NCBI GenBank assembly: GCA_963557715.1
Contig: CAUWCN010000006.1
Coordinates: forward strand, 3,468 to 67,467
Origin: an uncultured Atopobiaceae bacterium
GTDB lineage: Bacteria > Actinomycetota > Coriobacteriia > Coriobacteriales > Atopobiaceae
Length of the DNA stretch: 64,000 bases
Direction of reading: 5' to 3'
Shown here: positions 30,472 through 40,256 of the stretch, piece by piece
Numbering within the stretch: position 1 is the first letter of the stretch
How the letters are laid out: each line of letters begins with the position of its first letter
Program-made: the position numbers and the translations under genes
The notes under the pieces: model-generated
The model's input: the letters and a program-made list of their open reading frames with translations, nothing else
Told to the model about the DNA's origin: nothing
Databases searched by the model: none

Positions 30472-30939
30472 CTAATGCGAGCGGCGCATCTCGCGCACGA
30501 ACTCGCGTACCTCGTCCGGGTTCGCCCCGGGCAGGTCGAGGTCGCGCGACGAGCTGCGGGCGCCCCAGGTCACGCGCGCGCCGACCCCTCCCTCGAGCGC
30601 GGTGACGCTCACCTCGTCGATGCGCGCCCACGCGCGGCGAACGCCGTCCGCGTAGATCCCGGCACGACCGACCCCCGTGCGCGCGACGAGCATGAGCGCG
30701 GCAAACGCGAGCAGCACCGCCCCCACGCCCAGCTGCTCGGGGCCCCGGCCCCCCGCAAGGTAGTTGACGACCGCCGCCCCAACGAAGGTCGCGGGCGCAA
30801 CGAAGCGCGTCGCCGTGCGCGGGACCTCGTACACGATGCTGCCGTTCTGGTCGACGAGCAGGTAGGCGGCGTACGCGAGCACGGCGGCCGCGAGCACGCC
30901 CATCACGAGCGGAAGACCCCCGGGAATCGAGTCAAGCAC
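30472..30939 (-). CDS. membrane protein (3 TM + PH-like C-terminus; PTS-associated type)
   Basis: GTG start with GGAGG RBS; hydrophobic helices then GIYADG..W..I. Confidence 0.55.
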   Translation of the reverse strand: MLDSIPGGLPLVMGVLAAAVLAYAAYLLVDQNGSIVYEVPRTATRFVAPATFVGAAVVNYLAGGRGPEQLGVGAVLLAFAALMLVARTGVGRAGIYADGVRRAWARIDEVSVTALEGGVGARVTWGARSSSRDLDLPGANPDEVREFVREMRRSH

Positions 30940-31001
30940 GGTGCCTCCAATCCGGCACGCGGCGACGCGCCGAGCTCCCCTGCGCCACGTCGCACGACGC
31001 G

Positions 31002-31790
31002 CTACGCAAGGGCGAACTTGTAGATGTTGTACGCGTTGATGAGGATGATGAGCACCATGAGGCCCATGAAGAGCTTGTCCACGGTCCTGTCGTCGATCTT
31101 GGCGTTGACCTTGCGGCCCACGACGCCGCCCAGGATGCCGCAGACCACCATGGCCGCCAGCAGCACCAGGTCGACGCCCTCCGAGCCCCCGGAGAGAAGC
31201 AAGCTCGCCGTGCTCGTCGCCTGAGAGAACAGGATGATGTAGAGCGAGCTCGACGCGGCGCGCTTGGTGGCCATCGTGAAGAAGTAGAAGAGCACCACGA
31301 GGTTGATGGGGCCGCCGCCGATGCCCAAAAACGAGGAGCACACGCCCAGGGCGAAGCCGATGACCAGGCACGCCACCGCGGACTCGATCTTGAGCGTGGG
31401 GATCTTCTCCTTGTAGATCGTGTAGACTAGGGTCCCCAGCGTGATCGCCAGGAGCAGGCCCGCCTGCACCGCGCCGGCTGTGTTGGGGTCGGGGAAGAGC
31501 CCCGCCACCAGCGAGAAGAGCTCCTTTCCGGCAAGGCCGCCCACCGCGGCGCCGATGGCGAGCGGGGTGTCGGTCTTGGGGTCGATCGTCGAGGTGCCGG
31601 AGAGCTTGGCCTTGAGGACCGAGTAGAGCGTCATCGAGAGGACCGTGCACCCCGAGAGGAAGTTGATCGTGGCCACGTCGGCCACGCCCGTGGCATCGAG
31701 AACTGGCTTGATGATGATGCCCCCGCCGATGCCGCAGATGGCCCCGACGGTGCAGGCGAAGAAGCTGACGAGAAGCACGAGCACTTGCAT
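31002..31790 (-). CDS. TauE/SafE-family sulfite/anion exporter
   Basis: Duplicated GIGGG motifs (GAICGIGGG, SFLGIGGG); about 8 TM helices. Confidence 0.85.
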   Translation of the reverse strand: MQVLVLLVSFFACTVGAICGIGGGIIIKPVLDATGVADVATINFLSGCTVLSMTLYSVLKAKLSGTSTIDPKTDTPLAIGAAVGGLAGKELFSLVAGLFPDPNTAGAVQAGLLLAITLGTLVYTIYKEKIPTLKIESAVACLVIGFALGVCSSFLGIGGGPINLVVLFYFFTMATKRAASSSLYIILFSQATSTASLLLSGGSEGVDLVLLAAMVVCGILGGVVGRKVNAKIDDRTVDKLFMGLMVLIILINAYNIYKFALA

Positions 31791-31843
31791 GGGTGACGGC
31801 CTTCCTCTTGTGGGCTAACGCGCGGCGTGCGGGAGCGGGCCCG

Positions 31844-32482
31844 TCACGAGTCCGCGGGCTCCTCGCGGTCGGCAGGGACGGCGGACTCGAAGGCGCTCCT
31901 CACCTGCTCGAGGTACTCGTTGGCGCGTCGCGTGTCACCCCGGTTCTCGTACTGCACCGAGAGCAGGTAGAGCAGGGTGTTGCGCTCGCCCCCCTTCGCC
32001 GATCCCAGCCTCGCCTCCATCTGCTTGATGTAGGCGGAGCTCTTCTCGGCAAAGATCCGGTAGGTTCGCTCGCACTCCTCGAGCTGCTCGGCAGGGAGGC
32101 CCTCCATGCCGCGAAGCTCGTCGAGCAGCTCCTTGGCGCGTCCGTAGTCCTCCTGCTCCACGAAGAAGTTGAACGCGCGCAGCAGCAGGACCTGACGCTG
32201 CTCCGCGGTAGTCCTGAGGGCGAGCATCTCCTCGATGATGCGGCGGGTCTCCTGCTCGTTCTCGAGGCACATCTGCGCGTTGAGACGCATGTAGAGCTGG
32301 TTGTACTTGGGGTAGATGAGCTTGATCACGGGGCGGTCGAGCAGGCGCACGCACCCCTCGAAGTCGCCCTGCGAGAAGAGCGTCTGGTACCTCGAGAACA
32401 CCAGGCGCTTCTGCACCTCGGTATACACGAGGGAGATGACGCAGATCGCCACCAGGATGATGCCAACCAGCTGCAGGTCCAT
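31844..32482 (-). CDS. N-terminally anchored helical (TPR-like) protein
   Basis: One TM followed by helical repeats (DY..AKE.L, YLL..QY...GD..RANEY). Confidence 0.6.
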   Translation of the reverse strand: MDLQLVGIILVAICVISLVYTEVQKRLVFSRYQTLFSQGDFEGCVRLLDRPVIKLIYPKYNQLYMRLNAQMCLENEQETRRIIEEMLALRTTAEQRQVLLLRAFNFFVEQEDYGRAKELLDELRGMEGLPAEQLEECERTYRIFAEKSSAYIKQMEARLGSAKGGERNTLLYLLSVQYENRGDTRRANEYLEQVRSAFESAVPADREEPADS

Positions 32483-32533
32483 ACGTTCCTCCTCATGGGG
32501 GCGCCTCGTCCCCGGGGCGCCCGTCCTAGCGCT

Positions 32534-33860
32534 CTAGCACTGCTCGAGCACGACCCGAGGCTTCCTTCCCACGACGAGCCCTCCGTCCTGGACGTAGCCC
32601 TCCTCACGGTCGCGCAGCTCCTCTATGAGTATCGCACGGAGCTCGGCCACGCGCTCGGCATACGCCGGGTCCCCGGAGAGGTCGCGCTCCTCGCGCGGGT
32701 CCGCGTCGAGGTCGAAGTGGCGCTCGACCCCGCTCTGCGTGAACCAGACGTACTTGTCGTGACTCGTGACGATGTACTGGTTGGACTGCTCGTAGTCGCG
32801 CGAGTGCTCGCCGTGGACGTACGCACGCCCGAGGTCCTTCTCGCCCGTGATCTCCCCCCCTGAGCGAGGAGCCGTCCACCCCCTCGGGCACCTCGACGCC
32901 CGCGAGGTCGAGCAGGGTGGGCATGACGTCCATGAGGTCGACGACGGCATCGGACGTGCGCGGGCGGGGCCGCCCGCCCGGCAGCACCTTGGACCCGACG
33001 CGAACGATGAAGGGCACGTGGGCGCTGCCCTCGTACGGGAGGACCTTGCGGAACGTGCAGTGATCGAAGAGCATCTCCCCGTGGTCCGCCGTGAAGAGCT
33101 CGGTGGCGTCCTCGTCGTCCCAGTCGCCGCGCGTCGGCTCGCGCAGCTCGCGGTCGAGGTAGGGCTGGTAGTAGACAGCGGGCGCGTCGAAGGGCGGGTG
33201 CGGGCGCACGAAGCTCGCCATGAGGAAGAACGGGCGGGTGCGGTCGCGCGTCTCGAGGAAGCGGATCGACTCGTCGACGACCCAGTTGGTGGGGTGCAGG
33301 CGCTCCTCGTAGACCCACGGGCGCGCGATCCAGGAGTTGTTCTCGACGCCCGTGCCGTTGACGTCGGAGGCGGGTCCGAGCTCAGCGCGCAGGAAGCGCA
33401 GGTAGTCGTCGGAGACGTCCTGGTGCATCCAGTGCGGGAGGTTGGCCTTGCGATAGTGGCCGATGTAGCCGTCGTGCAGGCGCAGGGTCTGGAAGCCGCA
33501 GGCCAGGCGGGGCGGGTGCACGTGCATCTTGCCCACGCAGGCGGTCTGGTACCCCGCCTCGGAGAACTCCTCCGCCATCATGTGGTCGTAGCGCCAGGCG
33601 ATGCCGTCCTGGTAGCCCACGCGGCCGGTGTGGCGCGGGGTCTTGCCGGTGAGCAGCGAGGCGCGGGCCGGGATGCAGCTCGGGCACGCCGAGTAGCCGT
33701 TCTCGAAGAACGTTCCCTGCGCCGCGAGGGTGTCGAGATAGGGGGTCTTCACGTCGGGGTGCCCCGCGTACCCAAGGCAGTCCCCGCGGAACTGGTCGCA
33801 CACGATCAGGACCACGTTGGGACGACGGCTCTCGAGGCAGTCGTCGGTGTCGGTTGCCAT
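32534..33860 (-). pseudogene. arylsulfatase/choline-sulfatase-like, internally deleted and frameshifted
   Basis: CIPAR, GKMH and PHPP are present. The sequence jumps from EDATE straight to LFTADHG near 33100. The C-terminus (YVHGEH, KYVW, FDL..DP.E) is in another frame after a G7 run at 32854-32860. Confidence 0.85.
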
Positions 33861-33914
33861 GTGTCTCCTTTCCTCGGCGGGCGGGCACCCCCCCTCGCGG
33901 GGCCCGTCCCGGTC

Positions 33915-35009
33915 CTATCGACTCACGAGCATGCGGGCCACGCGCGCAAGGGGCTCGTACGCGTGCTCGAGAAACGCTCGGTAGCCGCAGTAGTCGTCAT
34001 CGTAGTAGGACGCGTTCAGGCGCTTGCAGTTGCGGTGGCAGATGCCCTCGAAGGGGCAGTCGGAGCATGCGGAGCAGGGCCTCCTCGGCTCGGCGAGAAA
34101 CGCGCGCATGGGCTCGCAGGTCGCCATGGCCTCGAGGGAGTCCTCGCGCACGTTCCCGCAGCGGTACTCGTCGAGCGCGTAGAAGTCGCAGGGGTAGACG
34201 TCGCCGTTGCTCTCGACCACGAACTGCGGGGCGCATCGGCCGAGCATGCCGCAGGCCTGGGGATACTGGCCCAGCGACATCTGCATGATGTTGTCGAAGA
34301 GCCCGACCGACATCACGTGCCCCGCGCGGACCTCACGAAGCCACAGGTCGAAGAACGTCCTATAGAACGAGAAGAACGCGCGCGGCGTAAGGGCGTACTC
34401 CGCGCCCTCGCCGTCGAAGCCGGCGAGGCACGGGATGAGCTGGACGTAGTCGATCCCCTCGCGCTGATAGAACTTGAACACGCGCTGCGGGTGACGGGCG
34501 AGCTGGGCGGAGAGCACCGTGAGGACGTTGAAGTCGACGCCGGCGTCGCGCAGCATCCCCACCGACTCCATGACGCGCGCGTGCGTGCCGCCGAGCGACA
34601 CGTCGCGGCGCAGGGAGTCGTGCAGCTCGCGGTACGCGTCCACGGAGACGCCCACGAGGAAGCCGTGCTCGCGGAAGAGGGCCGCCCACTCGGGCGTGAG
34701 CGTGTGGGCGTTGGTCTGGAGGGCGTAGCTCACGTGCTGGTTGGTGCGCCGCTCGTCGACGTAGTCCGTGAAGGCGCGGAAGAACTCGATTCCCGCGAGC
34801 GTGGGCTCGCCGCCCTGGAACGCAAAGGTCACCTGGGCTTCGTCGCCAAGGGCGAGCGCCCGGTCGATGAGCACGCGCATGGTCCGCTCGCTCATCCGCT
34901 CCCTCACCGCGTGCACGCGATGGTCCGCGACGTCACGGTAGAAGCAGTACGAGCACCGCATGTCGCAGGCGCTCGACGCCGGCTTTATGAGGAAGCTGAT
35001 GTACTTCAT
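33915..35009 (-). CDS. anaerobic sulfatase-maturating enzyme (radical SAM/SPASM)
   Basis: KP.S..CDMRCSYCFY, QGGEP, LQTN and SPASM cysteines (C..GRC, G.VYPCD, C..C.....C...C). Confidence 0.92.
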   Translation of the reverse strand: MKYISFLIKPASSACDMRCSYCFYRDVADHRVHAVRERMSERTMRVLIDRALALGDEAQVTFAFQGGEPTLAGIEFFRAFTDYVDERRTNQHVSYALQTNAHTLTPEWAALFREHGFLVGVSVDAYRELHDSLRRDVSLGGTHARVMESVGMLRDAGVDFNVLTVLSAQLARHPQRVFKFYQREGIDYVQLIPCLAGFDGEGAEYALTPRAFFSFYRTFFDLWLREVRAGHVMSVGLFDNIMQMSLGQYPQACGMLGRCAPQFVVESNGDVYPCDFYALDEYRCGNVREDSLEAMATCEPMRAFLAEPRRPCSACSDCPFEGICHRNCKRLNASYYDDDYCGYRAFLEHAYEPLARVARMLVSR

Positions 35010-35084
35010 GCGAACCCCCGCGCGAGGGCCCCACCGATGCGGGGCCCTCGCCCATCGTGATCAAGCTGACACAACAAGTTGACA

Positions 35085-36599
35085 CTACAACCTGACGTCC
35101 ATGTCAAGCCCGAGGCGGACGAGCTGCTCCGCGGGGGCGTCGTGCTCGGCGAGGCCGCGCCTCAGCAGCCCTATCATGCGCTCCTCGGCCGCGGCGTCGA
35201 CCCCGACGAGGTCGTGCTCCTGCACGTAGTCCGCCTGGAGGTCGAAGAGCTTGGTCTCGTGGACCTCCTCGAGGCAGTCCTCGCGCTGGTCGATGTTCGC
35301 CGGCTTGGCGCACGGGAAGCGATACACCGGGTAGTCGGTCCACGTGAGAAAGCGGCCCATCTCGATCTTGTCGACGCAGTCGGTGCCCATCTTCTTGCGA
35401 ATGGTGTGAGGGATCGCCGCGTACTCGTAGCAGGGCTGGTTGCCCGGGACGGGGGCGCGGAAGTAGGTGTAGCGGCCGTCGGTCACGTTGACGGTCATGG
35501 CGTGCACGCCATAGAGGCCGTACTCGCGCGTGGACGCCTCGGGGTTGCTCATGAGCGGCATGAGCGAGGTGCCCGTGACCGTGTTGGGGACGGGGCACCC
35601 GTGCGCCTCGAGCACCGTCGGCATGAGGTCGATGGCCTGGGTGAGCTGGTGGGCGCGCTCGCCGGCGCGCTCGCCGTTCGGGAACTTCACGATGAGGGGC
35701 AGGTGCGCCATCTCGTTGTAGAGGTGCATGTAGTTCTTGCCGAGGTAGTCACGGCTGCCGAGGAAGTAGCCATGGTCCGTGGTCACGATGACCATGGTCC
35801 CCTCGTACATGTCCCGCTCCTTGAGCTTGTCGATCAGCGTGCCGAACCAGTGGTCGGTCATCGTGACGAGCGCCTTGTAGCGACGCTGCACGTAGTCGAC
35901 GGCCCCCTCCGGGATGTCGGTGTCCGAGACGCGCCGGTAGGGCGGAATCTCGAAGTAGTCGCGGTCGAGCTCCCCGGCGCCGCCGTACTCGTCCATGTAG
36001 CTGTCGGGCACGTCGAAGGGCTCGTGCGGGTCGAACGCCTCCACCATGAGGAAGAAGTCGTCGTCGCCGGCGTTCTGGTCGATGAAGTCGCACGCGGCGC
36101 GGAAGGTCCTCGGAGAGGGCACGTCCTCCTTGTTGGGCCACTTCTCGCGGTTCTTCTGATACTGCTCGCGCACGCGCCCGTAGAACGTCTCGGGCATGTT
36201 GTCCGGCTCGTCGATGCGACTCACCCACGGGTCGCCCTCCTGCCCGCGGAAGAGCTCCCAGGTGTTGAAGAGCTGCAGGTAGCCCTCTCCACCGGTGCGG
36301 GCATAGTGGCAGTGGTCCGTCTTGATGCAGGTGTAGACGCCCCCGGCGCGCAGGCGGTCGACGAGCATCACGTCGAAGGGCTCGATGGGTCCCCAGGGGC
36401 GCTCGAGGAAGTTGTAGCGACCGCACATGATGTCGCGACGGGCGGGCATGCACGGCGCAGAGCCGATCCAGTGGTTGTCAAAGACGACGGAGTCCTGCGA
36501 GAACGCCTCGAGGTTAGGAGTGCGGGCGCTGCGCTCCGGGCAGTAGCACGAGAGCGCGTCGCGGCGCAGGGTGTCCATCAGAACGAGAATGGTCCTCAT
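35085..36599 (-). CDS. Cys-type sulfatase, cytoplasmic
   Basis: MDTLRRD, PCMPARR, FDPHEP, TTDHG and HLPL; no signal peptide. Confidence 0.9.
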   Translation of the reverse strand: MRTILVLMDTLRRDALSCYCPERSARTPNLEAFSQDSVVFDNHWIGSAPCMPARRDIMCGRYNFLERPWGPIEPFDVMLVDRLRAGGVYTCIKTDHCHYARTGGEGYLQLFNTWELFRGQEGDPWVSRIDEPDNMPETFYGRVREQYQKNREKWPNKEDVPSPRTFRAACDFIDQNAGDDDFFLMVEAFDPHEPFDVPDSYMDEYGGAGELDRDYFEIPPYRRVSDTDIPEGAVDYVQRRYKALVTMTDHWFGTLIDKLKERDMYEGTMVIVTTDHGYFLGSRDYLGKNYMHLYNEMAHLPLIVKFPNGERAGERAHQLTQAIDLMPTVLEAHGCPVPNTVTGTSLMPLMSNPEASTREYGLYGVHAMTVNVTDGRYTYFRAPVPGNQPCYEYAAIPHTIRKKMGTDCVDKIEMGRFLTWTDYPVYRFPCAKPANIDQREDCLEEVHETKLFDLQADYVQEHDLVGVDAAAEERMIGLLRRGLAEHDAPAEQLVRLGLDMDVRL

Positions 36600-36671
36600 A
36601 GCTCCTCCATGCTCTAGAGCGAAGCGCCCCGCCCAGAGGGGTGGACGGGGCGCCGAGAAAGGGTCCGCTTC

Positions 36672-37360
36672 CTACGCGAAGATCTTGGGGAAGCCGGGGA
36701 TGTAGTAGTTCAGGGCGAAGAGCACCAGGCACACGGCGATGATGCCGAGGATGATCTGGGCGGAGCTCTTGCCCTGCCCCTTCTTGAGCAGGCGGTAGCA
36801 GATGAAGGCGACGATGATCGGCAGCAGGCACGGCAAGACGGAGTCGAGCTGGGTCTGGAGCACGAGCGGGTAGCCCTCGTCGAAGGCAAACTGGACGGCC
36901 GTGGAGAGCTTGACCGTGGTGGCGATCAGGCCGCCGGTGACCATGACGCCAAACTTGTCGACGAGCGCCATGCCGGACTCGTAGCCCTTGTGCAGGCCGA
37001 AGTACTTGAGCGGCCAGTACAGCAGGTTGATGAGCAGGAACATGACGATGGGGCCGATGATGGAGCCGTTGCTCACGCACAGGGAGGCGCCGATGGAGCC
37101 GGCGATCGGGAACCACGTGAGGTTGAGCAGCGAGTCGCCGATGCCGGCGAAGGGGCCCATGAGCGAGGTCTTGATCGCGGTGACGGTGTCCTTGTGCTCC
37201 TCGTCGGTGTTCTCCTCGACCGCAGTGGCGATGCCGAGGATGAACGGGATGGCGATGGGGTGCGTGTTGAAGTATTCGAGGTAGCGATTCATCGCGTTGA
37301 CGCGGTCCTCCTTGGGGGCGTCCTTGTAGAGCTCCTCGAGGACCGGAGAGATGCAGTAGG
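36672..37360 (-). pseudogene. mannose-family PTS EIID, 5'-truncated with a probable internal deletion
   Basis: [11 protein letters not shown]...YFNTHP and LMGPFAGIGDS. The N-terminus is missing at about 37360. KGY to GxxVxGG spacing is 10 aa here versus 26 aa in the EIID at 25293. Confidence 0.8.
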
Positions 37361-37828
37361 TCCGACCACCTCAAGGCGTGCGGCCACACCGTCATCGACT
37401 GCGGCACCTACGACCATGCCCGCACCCACTACCCCATCTACGGCAAGGCGGTGGGCGAGAAGGTCGCCTCGGGCGAGGCGGACGCCGGCGTCGTCATGTG
37501 CGGCAAGGGGGTCGGCATCACCAACTCGGTGAACAAGGTCCCGGGCGCCCGCTGCGCGCTCGTCCGCGACATGTCCACCGCGGTGCACGCACGTGAGTGC
37601 CTGAACGCTAACGTCATCGGCTTCGGCGGAAAGATCACCGGCAAGTTCCTCATCGCCGACATCGTCGACGCGTTCCTCGCCGCAAGCTACCAGCCCACGC
37701 CCGAGCGCGACGCGCTCGTCGCGAAGATCGACGCCGTCGAGGCCGGATGCGACGCTGCTGCCCAGGCCGACCCGCACTTCTTCGACGAGTTCCTCGAGAA
37801 GTGGGACCGCGGCGAGTATCACGACTAG
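37361..37828 (+). pseudogene. lacB: galactose-6-phosphate isomerase LacB subunit, 5'-truncated
   Basis: [38 protein letters not shown] and [16 protein letters not shown]. The N-terminal ...GCDH segment and start codon are absent. Confidence 0.88.
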
Positions 37829-38002
37829 CGAGCCGAGGTTCTTCTCCACGCGCGATTTGGCGCCCGGTGGCCGCACGCCGCCGGGCGCCCTTCTGTAGCG
37901 ACGCCGCTGTCAGGACGTCGCGTCCGTTCGGAATCGCATCCTGAAGCGGGTGGCACGTTGAGCCGGATTGCGCGTCAGCCGGCAGCTTCTTCGGGCCCGG
38001 GT

Positions 38003-38134
38003 CGCACAATCTCGGAATTGTGTGGGAATCAGGGAGCGTCGCCGGGCAAAGGGCCTGTTGAGGGCGCTTCCTCGGATAAGAAATGCTCCCAATGTACGCC
38101 GCCGCCCGCACAATTTAGGAATTGTGCGGGCGGC
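38003..38134. repeat. two related CACAAT-N6-ATTGTG palindromes
   Basis: cgcacaatctcggaattgtgtg (38003-38024) and a perfect 15-bp IR gccgcccgcacaatt-tagg-aattgtgcgggcggc (38101-38134). Confidence 0.75.
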
Positions 38135-38220
38135 AGGCGGGGGTGCGGGCGGCAGGCGACGGGCGGTGCCGGGCCGTGACCCGGGCGGGGTAGCGACGCC
38201 CGGGCACGGCCACACGTGAG

Positions 38221-38934
38221 CTAGTACTCCGCCAGGCGGTCCTTGAACCTGTCGAGGAGGCGCTGGTTGAACTCAGGGCCGCCGTCGACGTTGGCGCTCA
38301 TGAACAGCGGCGGCTGGACGCCGCGCTCGACCAGGATGTCGAGCGACTCCATGACGGCGCAGTCGAGGAGGAGGCAGCCGGTGTAGAGCGAGGTGCCGCC
38401 CACGCGCGTGGGAATCCCCTCGACCTCGAGCGCCGCGTCGCCGAACGAGGACTTGTTGTCGAGCACCACGTCGGCGCACTCGAAGAGGCGCTTTCCGGTC
38501 TTGGAGCGCGAGGTGCCCGCGGCGGAGACCTCGCGCGCCGTCACCGCGATGACCTTCACGCCGGCCTCGCGGGCGTGAAGGGCCAGCTCGACCGGCAGCG
38601 GATTACGGCCGGAGTTCGAGATCACGACGAGGCAGTCCTCGGGGCGCAGGTCGAGCTTGAGCCAGAACTGGTCCCCCACGCCGTCAATCATCTCGTAGAT
38701 GCCCCATGCGGGCTCGCGCACCACCTTGGTCTGGATGTAGCCGCCCGCGCGCCCGCAGATCTCGAGCGCGTTGGCGTGGCTGTGACCGGAGCCAAAGGCG
38801 CGGATGATGCCTCCCCGCTCGATGGTGTCGGCAAAGATGGTCGCGGCCTCGTGGAGCGCGTCCTCCTGGCCGTCGATGACCGTGTCGAGCCTGCGCAGCA
38901 CCTCCGCCTTGAAACGCTCAGCCGTGCTCGTCAT
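38221..38934 (-). CDS. SIS-domain sugar isomerase-like protein
   Basis: FGSGHS....E...RAGG, ISNSGRN, VIAVT, GKRL..ADVVLDN....GDA and PP...SAN. Confidence 0.8.
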   Translation of the reverse strand: MTSTAERFKAEVLRRLDTVIDGQEDALHEAATIFADTIERGGIIRAFGSGHSHANALEICGRAGGYIQTKVVREPAWGIYEMIDGVGDQFWLKLDLRPEDCLVVISNSGRNPLPVELALHAREAGVKVIAVTAREVSAAGTSRSKTGKRLFECADVVLDNKSSFGDAALEVEGIPTRVGGTSLYTGCLLLDCAVMESLDILVERGVQPPLFMSANVDGGPEFNQRLLDRFKDRLAEY

Positions 38935-38942
38935 GGTCCCCC

Positions 38943-40109
38943 CTACTTGACCTCGACGCCGCCGACGAAGGTGGTCGCGAGCGTCATGTCCGCGTTGAAG
39001 ACCGTCATGTCGGCGAGCCTGCCCGGCTTGATGAAGCCGAAACGGTCGTCGATGCGCGCGGAGCGGGCCGCGACCTCGGTGGCCATGCGAATGGCCTGGT
39101 CCGCCGTCACGATCTGCCAGTCCACCATGTTCTTGACGCCCTCGGCCAGCGTGAGGACCGAGCCCGCGATGGAGCCGGTGGTGCCGTCCTCGTTCCTGAG
39201 GTAGCACAGCCCGCCCTTCATGACCACGGGCAGGCCGCCGGACATGTAGTCGCCCTCCGGCATGCCGCCGCAGCCCAGGCAGTCCGTGATCAGCACCGTG
39301 TGCTCCCAGCCCTTGGCGTCCACGAGCGCCTTGATGGCGGCGGGCACGACGTGGCGACCGTCACAGATGATCTCGGCGTAGGTGTTCTTGGTGGTCATGG
39401 CCGCGCCGGTCACGCCGGGGTCGCGGTGGTGAAGCCCGCGCTGCCCGTTGTAGGTGTGCACGAAGCAGCTCGCGCCGGCGTTCACGGCGGCGAGGGTCTG
39501 GTCGTATGTGGCGTCGGAGTGGCCGATGGAGGTCACCACGCCCATCGCGTCGAGCGCCGCGCAGTACGGGCAGGCGCCGTCGCGCTCCGCGGCGAGCGCG
39601 CTCTTGACGATGCGACCGCCCGCCGCCTCCTGCCAGCCCTCGAACACCTCGACGGAGGGGTCGATGAGGTAGGCGGGGTTCTGGGCGCCCACGTGCTTCA
39701 TCGTGAAGAAGGGGCCCTCGAGGTAGATGCCGCCGATGCGCGCGCCGAGGAAGTCGTCGCCGCGGCTCTCGTCGGCCTTGGCGATCGCGGCGCAGGAGCC
39801 CGCGATCTGATCGATCGACTCGGTGAAGGTGGTCGGAAGCCAGCAGGTGGTGCCGCGACGGGCGAGCTCGAGGCTCGAGGCGTTGATGCCCTCCGCCTCG
39901 CGGTCGGTGGTGGCGTGGTTGAAGAAGCCGTGGATGTGCGTGTCCACGAGGCCGGGGGCCACGGTGCAGCCCGTGAGGTCGCGAATCTCGCAGTCGGGCT
40001 CCTCCGCCGACCAGCTTCCGAAGACGCCGTCGGTCACGGTGAGGTAGCCTCCCTGCATGGTGGCGCCCGGAAGAACGAATCGGTCGGCCCTGATGGCAAA
40101 GGTGCTCAT
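38943..40109 (-). CDS. nagA: N-acetylhexosamine-6-phosphate deacetylase (canonical; probably GalNAc-6P/GlcNAc-6P)
   Basis: PGLVDTHIHG, LEGPF..KH.GAQ, GHSDA, HTYN, HHRDPG, ICDG.HV, ITD and IAGS. Confidence 0.92.
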   Translation of the reverse strand: MSTFAIRADRFVLPGATMQGGYLTVTDGVFGSWSAEEPDCEIRDLTGCTVAPGLVDTHIHGFFNHATTDREAEGINASSLELARRGTTCWLPTTFTESIDQIAGSCAAIAKADESRGDDFLGARIGGIYLEGPFFTMKHVGAQNPAYLIDPSVEVFEGWQEAAGGRIVKSALAAERDGACPYCAALDAMGVVTSIGHSDATYDQTLAAVNAGASCFVHTYNGQRGLHHRDPGVTGAAMTTKNTYAEIICDGRHVVPAAIKALVDAKGWEHTVLITDCLGCGGMPEGDYMSGGLPVVMKGGLCYLRNEDGTTGSIAGSVLTLAEGVKNMVDWQIVTADQAIRMATEVAARSARIDDRFGFIKPGRLADMTVFNADMTLATTFVGGVEVK

Positions 40110-40256
40110 GATGAATCTCCTCTGGTCTCGAGCGGTGCGGTGTCTGGTCACACCCAGCGTGTCACATGCACGGACGCCCGCCCGAGCAAACCGTGCGGGC
40201 GGGCGTCAAATCTCGGCGACTGAGCGCGGGGTTGACACTATGACCTGACGTCAGCG

